Origin: the human T2T-CHM13v2.0 reference genome, Homo sapiens | Reading direction: 5' to 3' (one strand) | DNA: 64,000 nucleotides | NCBI RefSeq assembly: GCF_009914755.1 | Contig: NC_060925.1 | Shown here: one piece after another, positions 41,795 to 57,330 of the stretch | Layout of the letters: each line of letters opens with the position of its first letter | Position numbering within the stretch: the stretch's first letter is position 1 | The notes under the pieces: generated by a model | Databases searched by the model: none | Told to the model about the DNA's origin: nothing | The model's input: the letters and a program-made list of their open reading frames with translations, nothing else | Program-made: the position numbers and the translations under genes

Positions 41795-42297
41795 GGCCAG
41801 GCACAGTGGCTCACACCTATAATCTTAGCATTTTGGGAGGCCAAGGTAGGAGGATTGCTTAAGCCCAAGAGTTTGAGACTAGCCTGGCCAACATAGTGAC
41901 ACTTCACTGCTACAAAAAAAAAAAAAAAATTGCTGAGCATGGTGGTGCATGCCTGTTGCATGGTGATGCAAGCCAACTTTTCAACAGCAACACTGGAAGC
42001 AAAAGAATATAAAGGATATTGTCAATGTACTGAGAGAAAATATCTGTAAGCTAGAATTCTATACCTAGTGAAATTATCTTTCAAGAATGAAGACAACATA
42101 AAGACATTTTAAGAAAATATTTGGTATATAATAAACGGACTAAAACATCTAAAGACAAGTCCCAGCTACTCTACAGGCTGAGATGGGAGGATTTCTTGGG
42201 CCCAGGAGGTTAGGCTGCAGTGAGCTGTGATCATGCCACCACACTCCAGCCTGGGTGACAGAGTGAGACCATGTCTCAAAAAAAAAAAAAAAAAAAA
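41795..42297 (+). mobile_element. Alu (AluJ-like) carrying an internal ~200-bp insertion
   Basis: Alu breaks at gcctgt (41956) and resumes at gtcccagctact (42159); TSD aaatgcact. Confidence 0.92.
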
Positions 42298-43394
42298 TGC
42301 ACTTTTATACCAGCTCAAGAATTTAGAATTAAAGCAATAAGAAAAAATTATCATCTCATAGTCAAAAAGTACCGAGACACAATGAAACAAGGCAATTCAA
42401 GTGAGAGCCAGAAGAAGCAACAGAAAATGGAATTAGATCTATAATACTTTAGATATTGAAATGATCAGACACAGAATCTAAAATGCATACTTTATGTGAT
42501 TCCAGAAATAAAAAGGGGCCAAAAATATGACTAAAAAGAAGACAGATTATAAAACAAAACAAAGAAGTGTTAGATATTAAAAAATGTAATAACTGAAATT
42601 TAAAAAATTAACATGCAGATTTAGCAGGAGACAAAACACAGCTTAAAAGAGAACTGAAAGACCTAAAGTAATTGTTTAGAATGAAGCTCAGAGAACCAAA
42701 GCATAGAAGTAAAAAAAAAATAAATAAAAGTTCAAGGCCTCTTAAATATGTTTAACTGGAATTCCAGAAGCAGAGAAGAAAAAAGAAATGGATCAGAAAC
42801 AATATTTGAAGAGATAATTATTGAGAAATCTCTAGAATCAATGAAAAACACAAATTTACAGATTCAGGAAGCTCAATGTATTCCCACTTTGATAAATGAA
42901 AAGAAATCCATACCTAGTCAAATTTATTGAAATTGTAATAAAAAATCACAGGGAATATTTTAAAGACCGTTAGATTATCCTCAAAGCAACAACAACTTAA
43001 ATGATAGCCAACTTTTCAACAGCAACATTGGAAGCAAGAGAGTATAAAGGATATTTTCAATGTACTGAGAGAAAATATCTATAAGCTAGAATTATATACC
43101 TCGTGAAATTATCTTTCAAGAATGAGGACAACATAAAGACATTTTTAGAAATTATTTGATATGCAATAAATGGACTGAAACCCCTAAAGACAAACGTTTT
43201 CAAATTGAATTATTAAAATATTCACCTATTTGCTGCTTATAAGAGACACATTTAAACATAAACCACAGAAGGTGAAATATAAGTGTGGAAAAAGTTATAC
43301 CGGTAAGGTATTAAATAGTAGCTGGGGTAGCTATAATAAAATAAGCAAAATAGACATTAGGGTAAAAAGAATCCTAGAATAAAGAGTCATTGCA

Positions 43395-43710
<316 letters not shown>

Positions 43711-43979
43711 AGTCATTGCATAATGATGAAAGGTTAAATTAGTGAAGATAGATACAATAATTCTAAATGTATGAATATCTATCATCATATCCTTAAAATA
43801 TATAAAGAAAAATGACAGAACTATAAAAAAGACATATTTATTTCACAAATTAAGAAATAATGATTAAATTATAAGGAACGCAGCACCAAAGAGATTATTC
43901 TAGCTTTTCAGGAGATTTAAACATCCTTTTGCTAAGTAAATTGATGTAGTAGATTAAAAAAATCTGTAAAAATATAGAA

Positions 43980-44270
43980 TAGGGGTTGGCAAATTGTGGA
44001 CTATGGACAAATAAGGCCTGCTGTCTGTTTTTTACAGTCGGTGAAGTAGTAATTCTTTTTACATTTCTAAATAGCTAATAGAATCAAAAGAATAGTAATA
44101 ATTTATAACATGAAAATTATATAAAATTCAAATTTAGTATATTTAGTGCATATAAAGTTTTATTAGAACACAGGCTTATTTAATAACATATTGCCCATGG
44201 CTGTTTTTATGCTCCAATGGCAGAGTTGAGTAGTTGTGACAGTGACCATATGGCCCACAAAGTCTAAAAT
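43980..44270. mobile_element. MER58-family element (truncated)
   Basis: aggggttggcaaa start; ggcagagttgagtagttgtgacag motif. Confidence 0.7.
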
Positions 44271-44454
44271 AAACTTTTTCAGAACTTTGAAAATTAACCA
44301 AAGAATTGTAACAATCTGAGGAACAATTCAAGAAAAATGGCTGAATCTCAGCAGGAACAGTTGCTTTGTGGTTTTATAACTTAAAAAGTTTTTGATAAAA
44401 TATTATCTATAATATTTCATTTAGTTGATGTAATATCAATTAAATTAATATCAA

Positions 44455-44965
44455 TTAAACTGTGATAAAAAGAAATGAGCTATCAAGCCATAAAAAGACA
44501 GGGAGGAATCTTAAATGCATATTACTAAGTGAAAGAACCTGGTCTAGAAAGGCTACATAAGGTATGATTCTAATCATATGACATTCTGGAAAAGGTAAAA
44601 CTATACAGACAATAAAAAGGTCAGTGGTTCCCAGGTGTTTGGTGGGGTAGTGTGTGTGTGGTTCAGGATGGGTGGAATAAGAAGGGTGAATAGGTGAAGA
44701 GGGATTTTTAGGTTGGCAAAATTATTCTGTATGATACATGAGACATAGAATGTACAACACCAAGAGTGAACCCTAATGTAAACTATGGGCTTTAGTTAAT
44801 AATAATGTAAGATTGGTTCATCAGTTGTAACAAATATACAACACTAAAGCAAGATGTTAATAATTGGGGAAACTGTGAGCAGAGTAAACAGGAACTCTGT
44901 GCACTTTCCACTCAATTTTTCTGTAAACCTAAAACTGCTCTAAAAATAGTCTATTAATTTAAAAA
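44455..44965 (+). mobile_element. L1MC-like 3' end
   Basis: gaaatgagctatcaagccat...aaactgctctaaaaa. Confidence 0.8.
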
Positions 44966-46545
44966 GTGAGTGCATCATCTTGGATGGAAGGGCTGTGAAG
45001 AAATCTGGGGGACACTGTGCTAGAAGCAGAAGTCCTCCAGAACCAGGGTAGGCTCTTAGAAAAATGGCTACACAGACTAGTCTTATATCAAGTCCTCTGT
45101 ATCAACAAAAGAGGGAACCCTTGAGCCGAGAAATTTGGAAAGCTATCTGGATACTTCTCTAACCAGAAACCTTCTGCTACTACTCAAGGAAAATCTGTTT
45201 TACTAAATATTGAGTAATTAAAAAGTAATCTAGTTGCTTCCACACAATATTTCTGGGTACTGTGGTGAGATGTGTGAAACTGACAAAAAAGGAGTAAATC
45301 CAGGTTTCTAGATTTAAATCTAGATCATTAAAGGCATATGAGAAATTGAGAAAAGTTTGTAAGGCAGGAGAGGCAGCGTAATTTAGGGGTTAGGGACCCA
45401 GACTCAAATCTCAGCTCTACCACTTGCTAGCTAAGAGACCTCAAGGAAATTACTTAACTTCTCTCCCTCAATTTTCTCATTTGTAAATTGGGGATTATTA
45501 AAATATATGCCTCACAGAGGATTAGCTGATTTAATATTTGAAATATCAGATTTTTTTCCTGTTACACAAATATACACCTCCTATATAAAAATATATCTTA
45601 CAAATTAAGATGAAAATGATGACCATCACAATGGTAAACCAAGAAAAGACATGAATAGGAAATTCACAAAATGAAACAAAACAAACAAACAGGAAACATC
45701 TTTAGATGTTTAACCTCACCAGCAATTAAAGAAATGCAAATCAACATAATAAGATGCATTGATTATCATGTTGAATAAGATTAAAAGAATGATAATATCT
45801 GGCATTGGTGAGGGTATGAGGAAGTAGACATTTTCATGTGGTAGTGGTAGGGGTATACATTGAAAACACTTCTCAGGACAGCAGTCTTGCAATTTAGATT
45901 ATGGCAGACACTGTTCATTGCTTATCCAAGTATTGTTCACCTTCTTTTTTCCCTGCTAGTAGTGCTGTCTCCTGAGATAGAGGCCAAAAATGTCAGATAC
46001 TTGTTTTTCTAATCTTGGTCCCCAGCCAGGTCTAGTCAATGACATAAAGACAGGTCTGCTGGGGTGACAGGTGGAGTTCTGGAACTCCTTTTGCTTCCTG
46101 ATGAACAGAGACACTTGAAGAAAGCTCTTGCATTTATTTGCCATCTTTTCTTGGAAGTTGCTGAATGAGGACCTCATGCCTGGAGTTGATATACCTTCTT
46201 GCAATTATGAGGAAAAGTTCAAGAGAATCACAGAGATGCCTATTCATAATCTTGACATTACCAATCTGCCCAGTCAACCCTAAAACAGCAGCTTAGGCAT
46301 TATACCTGATGTGCAAGAATGTATAACAACATATGAAACTGTTAATTATTTATTACTAAGAGAAAAACAGTTCATGAAACAGTACGTAATTCTGTGATAG
46401 CAAGAATTCATTTATATGTATGTATGTATAAGAATATATAAATATATTTGTAGAAGAGGTTGCAAGTATTATAATAATAATAATATTGAACACTTATTAA
46501 GCCCTTGAAGGCTTTACTAAATCCATAATAAACTGAGAGGCTTCA

Positions 46546-46734
<189 letters not shown>

Positions 46735-48355
46735 TCAGCATTCTCAGAAGCAAGAGAGAGGTTGTTTAACAATAAACGCTGTGTGTCAAATGGAAATAGC
46801 TTCAAAATGATCCACAGAAGAAATGCTGTTTGCAGACCTCCAGACCCAGCAGCACAAAGTAGATTATAGAAAGGTAGATTTGGAGTTCAGAGACAATAGC
46901 CTAGTTACCACCATAATAATATTATTTTCTATTTTCTATTTACCTTTTATTTTGTTTCTTTTCTTTTTATTTCCATCTTTTCTTGGATTGATTTGAGTTT
47001 TATTTTTTCCATTCTTCACCTTTCTCCTTTGCGATTGGGAAATTATATACTCTATTTCAATTTTTCTAACAACTGTATTTAAAATTTTATCACATATTTA
47101 AATTTGTAGTTTCTATTAATATCTATCTAGTTTGTACAGTGTCTCTAGGTACCACAGATATGTCTACCTGCTGTTGGTACCTAGACACTCCCAACAAACA
47201 TGACAAGGACCAACGTCACTGTTGCTGATGAGAAGTCAAATGTCTATCTGGTTTTTATTCTTGTATAGGTAACTTGTTTCCTTCAGGAAACTTTTGGGAT
47301 TGTCTATCTGTGCAGTCCTAAAATTGCATGATGGCATATTTAGGTAATCCTTTAAAGATAATTAATATCAGTTCTTATTATCATTCGGTTGCCCTGTTTA
47401 ATCTGAAGTATTTTTTTTAAGCTCTGTGCAAACTTCTTATGTTATGTCTTTGATTCTTTTCTCCCTTCATTCTTACTATTTTTTTCTTCTGGAAATTATA
47501 TCATATGGACCCTTTTTCCATATCTCTCAGCTTTTCTCACCCTCAAAATCTACCCCTTCCCATTTTTGATCATTCACAATTATTTCTAATTTCTAAGAAC
47601 TCTTGATATTTTTCCTTAGCGACTTTTTAAAAAGTTGTTATTTTATGAACTGTTAACCTCTCAGGTCTGCCTATATCACTTTTACCAACTTTTAATTTTT
47701 TAAAGTATTTAATTTCAGGTGCTATTTCTTTTAGATATTGAATTATGTACTTTACTTTTATGGGATTGCTTTCTTTCCAAGATTTATGATTCTTGAGTGC
47801 ATGGTCATCTTTCTCATTGAGAATCCCTTTTACTTCTTGGTGGTGTAGTGTCTACTCACAGGAGCTCCTGTTTTGTGATCACTGGGGAAGGAAAGAGCAG
47901 GGCATATGGCTTCTGATTTTTAAGGTTTCTCGTTCCCATCCTCTGGGTGACAGTGAGTTACCTGGGGAACTACCCTCATTTTCTGAGCTCAGAGATCCAT
48001 GTGCAAAATGTTTGTGTTAGAATTCCCATTTCGATGTTTAATTTTGCTGCATGTTTTCCTCTTGTGTATGTTTTAACTTTGTGCATATTTCTCCATCAGT
48101 TTGATCTCATCTGATCTGCATTTTAAAAGAAATTATCGAAATCTTCTGATCTATTATTGATGACATGCCTTGTTGTCCTCCAGTACCATTATGAATTCAC
48201 TATTTAAATTTTTAAAATTAGTTTAAGATAGCTTGAGAGGGAGAAAAGGAAAAAACTGTTCAGTTTGCAATCTTACATCATGCAGAGAAATGACAAGTTT
48301 ATTTGTATCCTGCTCTGCATATAGTGTTTTTTAATTCTAACTATATTATTTATCA

Positions 48356-48736
<381 letters not shown>

Positions 48737-48744
48737 TTATTTTC

Positions 48745-49040
48745 TTTTTCTTTTCTTTTCTTTATTTTAAAAATAGAGACAAAGTCTCGCTTTGTCATCC
48801 AGGCTGGAGTGCAATGGTGCAATCATAGCTCACTGCAGCCTCAAACTCCTGGATTCAAGCCTTCTGAGCAGCTGGGACTACAGGCTTGCACCACAACACC
48901 CTGTTAAGTTTTTCTATTTTTTGTAGACAGAGGGTCTCATTATGTTGGCTAGGCGGGTCTCAAACTCCTGGCCTCAAGCGATCCTCCCACCTCAGCCTTC
49001 CAAAGTGCTGTGATTACAGGTGTGAGACACCATGCCTGGT
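48745..49040 (-). mobile_element. Alu (AluJ-like) ~80 bp from a SPAG17 acceptor
   Basis: TSD gcttaattattttctttt. Confidence 0.92.
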
Positions 49041-51506
49041 GCTTAATTATTTTCTTTTGTCTGCATGTGAATAATAGGGCAGTTTCCATGTTATGACAGA
49101 TGGTCTAGAATACTGGTTCTTTGATGACCTTGTTACATTCAAAGGTAGTAAATTAGGTCATCTACAACACCTAGTAGGTACCTTCTCCATGTGTAAGCCA
49201 CTCTCTCTAATAAAATCCAGGACAAATTGAGGCAAAATTATGAAGGAAGCCGAGTTTTGCTGAATTAGGTGTTTCCTCTTCCTGCCCACTGGTGCCTATC
49301 TCTCATCTTTGACTAAACTTTCCACCCTGGATACACACGCTGCCCTGGTGTTTCCTGGTTGCCCATAGCCCCAGGGGAAGTCACCCCCTCAGGCTTGCCT
49401 TTCCTAAGTCATCTGTCATCTTTCAAAGTTAACGTTAAAATAATCCCCTCATCTCTAACCAAATCCAGATTTATCTAGCATTTTGCAGTTAGCTGGCAAT
49501 CAAGGAGAAAAGCACCTAATAAGCTCCTTCAAAAGCAAGCACTATTATGGAGAAATTCTGGCATACCGTACCTAAGCAGGCTTTGCTAACTGAATAAATT
49601 CCTCTTAATTTATAATGTGGTTTATTGGGGCCAAAAAGCCTTAACACAAAGGAATTAACACATAATGATAGCATTTTAAGAACTATATATCAGGCTAGTG
49701 GGAAAATCATGGCACCCCTTAAATCACAGAAGTACTACTAATAATGATAAACCAATAAACATTTATTGAGATATTTCTATATGTTAAATGCTTTATATAT
49801 GTATCTTTTATTGAGTCTGCCTTCACAATCCTTTAAAATAGGCACTTTAATTTTCCAGAGTTTTCAGATGAAGAAATAGAGGCTTGGAGAGGTTATTAAC
49901 TTAGCAAGTTATAACTTTGGAAGACACTTAGTGACCATCCAGCACTAAGGACGCACAGCCAGTAAGTAAGAGAAGGAAGATTTGAATCATTTTCTTATAT
50001 TACAAAAGCAACCACCATTAACAACCAAAAATAAAAAGTCACTCAGGAAAGGATTCAAGTCTAGGCTCTTTCCTCTTATGCTACGATAACTGTCTTTCCC
50101 TAAAGTCCAAGACTGACCCGATGAAGATATTGCTACTTTGGTATTTATGTTGTTATGTTCAGACTTGAATTAGGATTTTCATAGTATATGGAAGATTTTA
50201 AACAGATGAGCTATTATTAACTACATTGTCTACCCTAACATAAGGAGGAAAATATTAGGATAGATAATGAAACTAATAGAAAAGACAGGTGAAAGGGGTA
50301 TTAAGCTGGGGTTTGATAACAGGATCAAACAATCAAAGAAATATATCCTTGAATTTGAAAGCAACATCTCTTTGAGTACACTCATAGCTCTTTGACTGGA
50401 AGACACTCAGTGAAGACTGTCTGAGTGGAAGACACCCAGTGAAGACATGCAGCACAGTGGGAAAACCTGGACCACTAGGGATGCTTGGGAAGGGAACAGG
50501 GTCCATGGGCTATTTTTAATAATTCAGAATGCCTAAGGAGAAGCGAAATTTAACTTCAACATTTAGTTTCTGCTTTTTTGCGGGGGAGGGAGCTGGGAAG
50601 TAAATAAAACATTAAATTATTTTTAAATAAGCATAGCGTTTTTCTTTGATACACTTTTCAAATGTGGTATACATAAGGGAATTATATAAAAGAGGATATT
50701 AAGTTGTGAAACTGTAAAGAATTGCTGATGTTATGTAATATTTATCAGATAAGAAAACATGACCCTGAGACCCTAAGTAACTTAAAAGGGACACATCATT
50801 CGTTGGTGTCAGGGTCAGCTTTAGAACTCAACTCCCACTTCAGTGCCTGCTTTGTTGCATCTTCTACTTCTACTGCAACAGTGAGTTTCTATTTAAATAT
50901 ATTCAAATTCAGTAACAAATGCAGATGCCTCATCAGGTTAATTAAAGAAATCTTACTTGTACTTATTTATTTAGCTGAAGAAGTTAGGAGCCATGTACAG
51001 AACCAACACTATAAAATTATATATAGATACATGAAAATGAAGCCTTGATTTTCTTAACCTATTTAATCTACATCTATCTCTATGTACTTTGTGTCCAGTG
51101 TCATTTGTTTTGGTCAGACCAGCAACATGCTGCACCCATGACCCTCTGTAGAGGCAAGAACACAGGGATACACACAAGTTTTTAAGAGCACTGGCTTTGT
51201 CATCACTGGGCTGAGAATGGCATTTCAGCTCTGCCACTTGGGAGTTGAGTGACCTTGGGCAAGTAACTGAACCTCCTGAAGCCTCGATTTCCTTATTTTG
51301 TAAAATGGAGTAGTTAGTATTTAGATCACAGTATTTGTATTTTTGACATATATACTAAGTACTTAGACAGTGCCTGGCCATAGTAAATGCTACAAATGTG
51401 AAAACAGTCTATTGTTCATTATCAACAAGATGTATGTTTAACTGGCATGAAAATACACAATTTCCTGTTTTCTACGTGACATTTTGCTCCCTGCTTCCCC
51501 ACCCTA

Positions 51507-51677
<171 letters not shown>

Positions 51678-51990
51678 TCATTTTCTTAATGAGCTATTAT
51701 TTATTTTGACTAAGCCAGGATATGCTGAGTGCTCAGGACATGACTTGCACAGAGCTAGGTGGCCCCTGCAAGGACGCAGGAGTCTCTGTGGTTTTGCAAT
51801 TTATATTCTACTTGCAGACTGGCACATAGGTGAGACAAATGGCAGTAACAACAGTTGGCACATCTTTTCTCAGAAAATAGAGATATAGTGAAAGTTAATA
51901 AGAACAATTGGGAAAGGATTTGTGGAATAATTGGGGCTTGAAGTGGGCCTTGAAAGATGCCTCTGTTTGGATATGTAGGCATAAGGGCAG

Positions 51991-52655
51991 TGCTGGCATC
52001 TGAATGTTGGTGTCCCCCATCCAAACTCGTATGTTGGAACCTAATAACCAATGTGACAGTATTAAAGGTGGGGCAGTTTAGAAAGTGATTAAGTCATGAG
52101 GGCTCCACCCTTATGAATGGGATTAGTGCTTTTAAAGAAGAGGTTGATGGGAACACCTTTGCCTCTTCCTCTTCTGCCATGTGAGGACACATTGAAGGAA
52201 CCATCTCTATGAGGAATAGCTGGGCATGGTGGTGTGTGGTTGCAATTTCAGCTACTTGAAAGAGTGAGTTGGGTAGATCACCTGAGGCAAGGAGTTAGAA
52301 ACCAGCCAGGGTAACACAGTCAGACCCAGTCTCTTTAAAAATTAAAAGAATTGGCCAGGCATGATGGTACATGCCTGTGGTCCCAGCTACTTGGGATGCT
52401 GAGGTGGAATGACTGCTTGAGCCCAGGAGTTTGAGCCCACACTACCATACTCCAGCCTGAGTGACAGAGCAAGAAGTCCATCTTAAATAAAATAAAGTAA
52501 AATAAAATAAGAGAAACAGGCTCTTACCAGACATAAAATCTGCTAATATCTTGATATTGGACTTCACAGCCTCTTGAACTGTGAGCAATAAATTTTGATT
52601 GTTTATAAATCACCTAGTCTAAGGTATTTTTTTTATAGCAGTCCAAACTAATACA
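51991..52655 (+). mobile_element. MST/MLT1A-like MaLR LTR containing an old Alu (52218-52510)
   Basis: tgaatgttggtgtcccc...gcaataaat...actaataca. Confidence 0.8.
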
Positions 52656-53654
52656 GAAAAAGTGTGTGAGAGACCAACATCTCCAACATATTTTTTGGTG
52701 TATTCTTACAATTTGGATGCTAGAGATATTATGTTATTAGGATATCTGTCCTTTGTTTTCTATAATGAGCACATACTGCTTTTGTAGCAAATGAAAGTAA
52801 TAAAAATAAAAGACAATTATAAAGTTATTTATAAATTAATGAGGGTTTGGGTGTGTTTACTTTAAAATCCTAATTAATTTTATGTCAGCTATGCCTAAAT
52901 CCCTTGTTTGGTTATATGTACTTAAGAATGAAATTTACTTGTTAACATTCAAACACTCCCTAATGATAATCATTTCAATTTTTCCAGTTGGTTCTCTTTT
53001 GTTAACCACCAAAATCACTCCACCGGTACCCAATTTGTGGATATTTGTTTTTTTCTAACTAGTCGTCTATTGTTGAACATTTAAGTTGTTCTGCCTTTTC
53101 TTTGTCACTAACAGAGGAAAAATACATAAATAATTAGCTAAAAATAAATTTAAAACACAAAGCAAAAATAAGAGAAAAATGCTTATGAAATTCTGTAAAA
53201 TGAACAAAACTGCTCAAAGATGCAAACCTGCCACGTCAAATCTGTCAGCACACATAAAACTAGTATCATCCTCACCCTTCCATTATCATTTATTTTAAAA
53301 ATGTTAAGTGAACAAATTGGTTTGCTAGCAAGATGCCTTTGGCCAAATTAATTTTAAATGAATTACCTGGAGTTATTCTGTTTTAACACTTGAACATTTT
53401 TACTTAACAAGAGTCAAGGGGCCTGGCATGAGAAATTTTATCTAGTATAACTATGTAAATGTGGTACAGAGGCAATGACATATTTAAACCTTGTAACTTT
53501 TACAAGGCCAGAGTCTGAAACCCAGGTTCTTGGGTATTTTTAAACATTTTATCTTCCAGTAGTTGATTATTTGTACACTGTACTTTTTTAGTAGTAAGTA
53601 CCAATAGTCAAGACTTAACCAGTAGTTTCCTTGTTGCCGGTCTTTTAGAACCTT

Positions 53655-54320
53655 CTTTTTTTTTTTCCAAAACTATTTATTTTACTTTAAGTTCTGGGAT
53701 ACATGTGCAGAATGTGCAGGTTTGTTACATAGGTATATATGTACCATGGTGGCATGGTGGTTTGCTGCACCTATCAAGCCGACATCTATGTTTTAAGCCC
53801 TGCATGCATTAGGTATTTGTCCTAATGCTCTCCTGCTCCTTGCCCTTGACCCCCTGACAGGCCCCAGTGTGTGATGTTCCCCTCCCTGCGTCCATGTGTT
53901 CTCATTGTTCAACTCCCATTTATGAGTGAGAACATGTGGTGTTTGGTTTTCTGTTCCTGTGTTAGTTTGCTGAGAATGATGGTTTCCAGCTTCATCCATG
54001 TCCCTGCAAAGGACATGAACTCATTCTTTTCTATGGCTGCATAGTATTCCATGGTGTATGTGTACCACATTTTCTTTATTCAGTCTATCATTGATGGGCA
54101 TTTGAGTTGGTTCCAAGTCTTTGTTATTGTAAATAGTGCTACAATAAACATACGTGTGCATGTGTCTTTATAGTAGAATGATTTATAATCCTTTGGGTAT
54201 ATACTCAGTAATGAGATTGCTGGGTCAAATGGTATTTCTGGTTCTAGGTCCTTGAGGAATTGCAACACTGTTTTCCACAATGGTTGAACTAATGTACACT
54301 CCCACCAACAGTGGAAAAGC
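53655..54320 (-). mobile_element. 5'-truncated L1PA7/8-like 3' end
   Basis: L1PA 3' UTR; TSD agaacc(t/a)tctttt. Confidence 0.92.
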
Positions 54321-54875
54321 AGAACCATCTTTTGATCTTTGTTTTATTAGATCTTTGTTTAGAGTCAAAGTGTGTGTGTGTGTGTGTTTACTATGATGAA
54401 GGGCTAGGGGTAATAGGAGGACTACTCTTTTTTTTTTTTTTTTTTTTTTTTTGAGGACTACTCTTTAATCAGAGGTGGGCTGTTAGTCTTGTTAGATTCT
54501 TAGCACATCAATATCTAAGACCAACTTTACCAAATGAAACTGTTTCCATTGTTTGGTTAAATATATTTTTCTTCCATTTGTTATTTATCACAGTGGAGCT
54601 AAACAAAGTATTAAAAATAAGGAATGGCAGAAACTTGACCAACGAAAAGCAAAGAAAACCCAAGAAATAGAGTGGAAAAAAGGTTGAACTAAGTTTTTCC
54701 AAACTTAGAATGAATGACCTGAGACAACTTATGTATGACAATATGTCTCCTGGAGTGGTAACCCAACTTTTGGGTACAAATCCTTCTTGTCTATTCAAAG
54801 TTGAGACTACAAGGGACGTTAATGTATCTGCACAATAAAACGTATGCACTATAATAACACTATTGACATAAGTCA

Positions 54876-55241
<366 letters not shown>

Positions 55242-55832
55242 TTATCAGTTGGATAGATTTCAGGAGTAATGAAGTTGGTTTACAAATCAGGATTGTAGTT
55301 AGAAAATTTGAGGTATTTATTACTTGGATATGCCTCACTGAATCACTATTTCTCATGTTCTTGCCTTCCCATCTACATTGTAAACTCCTTAATGATAGGG
55401 CATTAACTATATCTTAATTTATTTGAGAAATATTTGAGAGGCTCTTCTTATGTATAAAATGTTTAGAGCAGCAGAAAATAATGAAAAAAATGTGCAAAAG
55501 TCCTTATAGCATCAAAATAGTCTAAATAAGATCTGTGTAAATAACCAAACATAAAGACTACTAAATATAAATAAAATAAGTGGTACAAACAAGAAAATCC
55601 AGAAGAGAAACTTGTATGTGATACACTTGCTGGGTTTTAAGGGATTACCAGAATTCTAAAAGGAGAGCTCATGCTAGGAGTAATTATGTGGGGAGCTCTA
55701 AAGCATCCTGTGTGTCATGAATTTTATTTTCCTCTAGGTTCCAGAAAAACATTCTCTGAATCTCTTACCTCTAGTCATTTTTTTTCTCAATCTCCTCTAC
55801 TTACTCTTTTGTCAGTCCCCTAAATGTTTTTA

Positions 55833-56142
55833 TTTATTTTTATTTATTATTATTATTATTTTGAGACAGAGTGTCACTCTGTCACCCAGGCTGGAGTGCA
55901 GTGGTGCAACCTCGGCTCACTGCAACCTCCTCCCGGGTTCAAGTGATTCTTGTGCCTCGGCCTCCTGAGCAGCTGGGATTACAAGCACCTGCCACCACGC
56001 CTGGCTAATTTTTTTGTATTTTTAATAGACACGGGGTTTCACCATGTTGACCAAGCTGGTCTCGAACTCCTGACCTCAAGTGATCCGCCCACCTCGGCCT
56101 CCAAAGTGCTGGGATTACAGACATGAACCACCATTCTCAGCC
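55833..56142 (-). mobile_element. Alu (AluSx-like)
   Basis: TSD tcccctaaatgttttta. Confidence 0.95.
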
Positions 56143-56179
56143 AATCCCCTAAATGTTTTTAGGTTGCAGGGTTTATTAT

Positions 56180-56345
56180 GTTCTCAATCCTCCTTGCCTG
56201 TAATAATTACTCATGAAATTAGAAAAACAACATGCTCGGGCCCCACCTTGACCTACTGAATCAGACTCATTGAAGATGAGGCCCAGGCATTTATATTTGT
56301 GAAACCCTACATGTGACTGTGATGCACAGCCAGGGCTGAGCAACT
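56180..56345. mobile_element. MER5-like DNA transposon
   Basis: gggccccacc...tgaatcagactc...tgatgcacagccaggg motifs. Confidence 0.65.
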
Positions 56346-56359
56346 CTCTTACATATATT

Positions 56360-57330
56360 AGATCTGGATGATCTCATTCACCACTGGGGCTCCAATTGTC
56401 ATCTACATGCTAATGACTCCAAAATTAACATCTCAAGGCATGACCTTCCTTCTCAGTTCCAGACCTATATTTCTCACTTTTTTAAGGCATCTCCTGGTTG
56501 TGGTGCTACAGACATTTCAAACTCAATTAAGTCTCTCTTCTCCCAAGCAGATTAAGCCTCCTACATTCTCAATTTCAGTTAATGCCATGAGCAATTATGC
56601 AGTCTGTTCCCCAAGTTAGACATTGAGATCATTTGCATTTACTTTTTTTGACTCATCCTACACATCCAACCAGCCATCAAGGCCTAAGATCTTCCTCCCA
56701 AATTATGCCTCTTCTATCTATTCCCATTGTCTTATTTCAGGGTCCCATAATTGCTTGCTGGGTCTTCTGCAGCGTTTTGCTAACTGATACCATAGCACTT
56801 CCAATACCACCACTTCAGTGTACTCTCCAAACTACCACTAAAATTATGCTCCTAAAGTAAAATATGATCATGTCACCTCCCTTACTTAAAGTCCTCTGCC
56901 ACTCACTGCCTATGTAGGGCATATAACATTCTTCACAATCTGGTCTTCACCTACCTCCACTGCAGCCACACTGAACTTTTCACCTTTCTGTGAAGATGCC
57001 ATGTTTTGACACAATTGTGTGTTTATTAACATGGTTCTTAAGTTCTAGAATTCCCTTTCCTTGTTTCTGTGCCTGGATAGTTCCACTCAGCTCTAAAGTC
57101 CCATCTGAAATGCTACAATTTCTCTCAAGTATGTGTTGACTGTCCCCAGTACTCTGTTTATGTATAATTTCCAGCACTAAGACAGATATTATTGCTCTAT
57201 TTATGTTTTCCTTGTTCATTAGACAGTGAGTTCTTTGTGTAGATGTACCACGATTTAATTCATCTTAGTGGCTCAGTGCCAGCAAGTTGCTTGACCCACA
57301 GAAAGTACAGTATATAAACAAGTGAATGGC
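56360..57330 (+). mobile_element. Degraded L2
   Basis: ctaatgactccaaa, gatcatgtcacctcccttacttaaa motifs. Confidence 0.7.
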
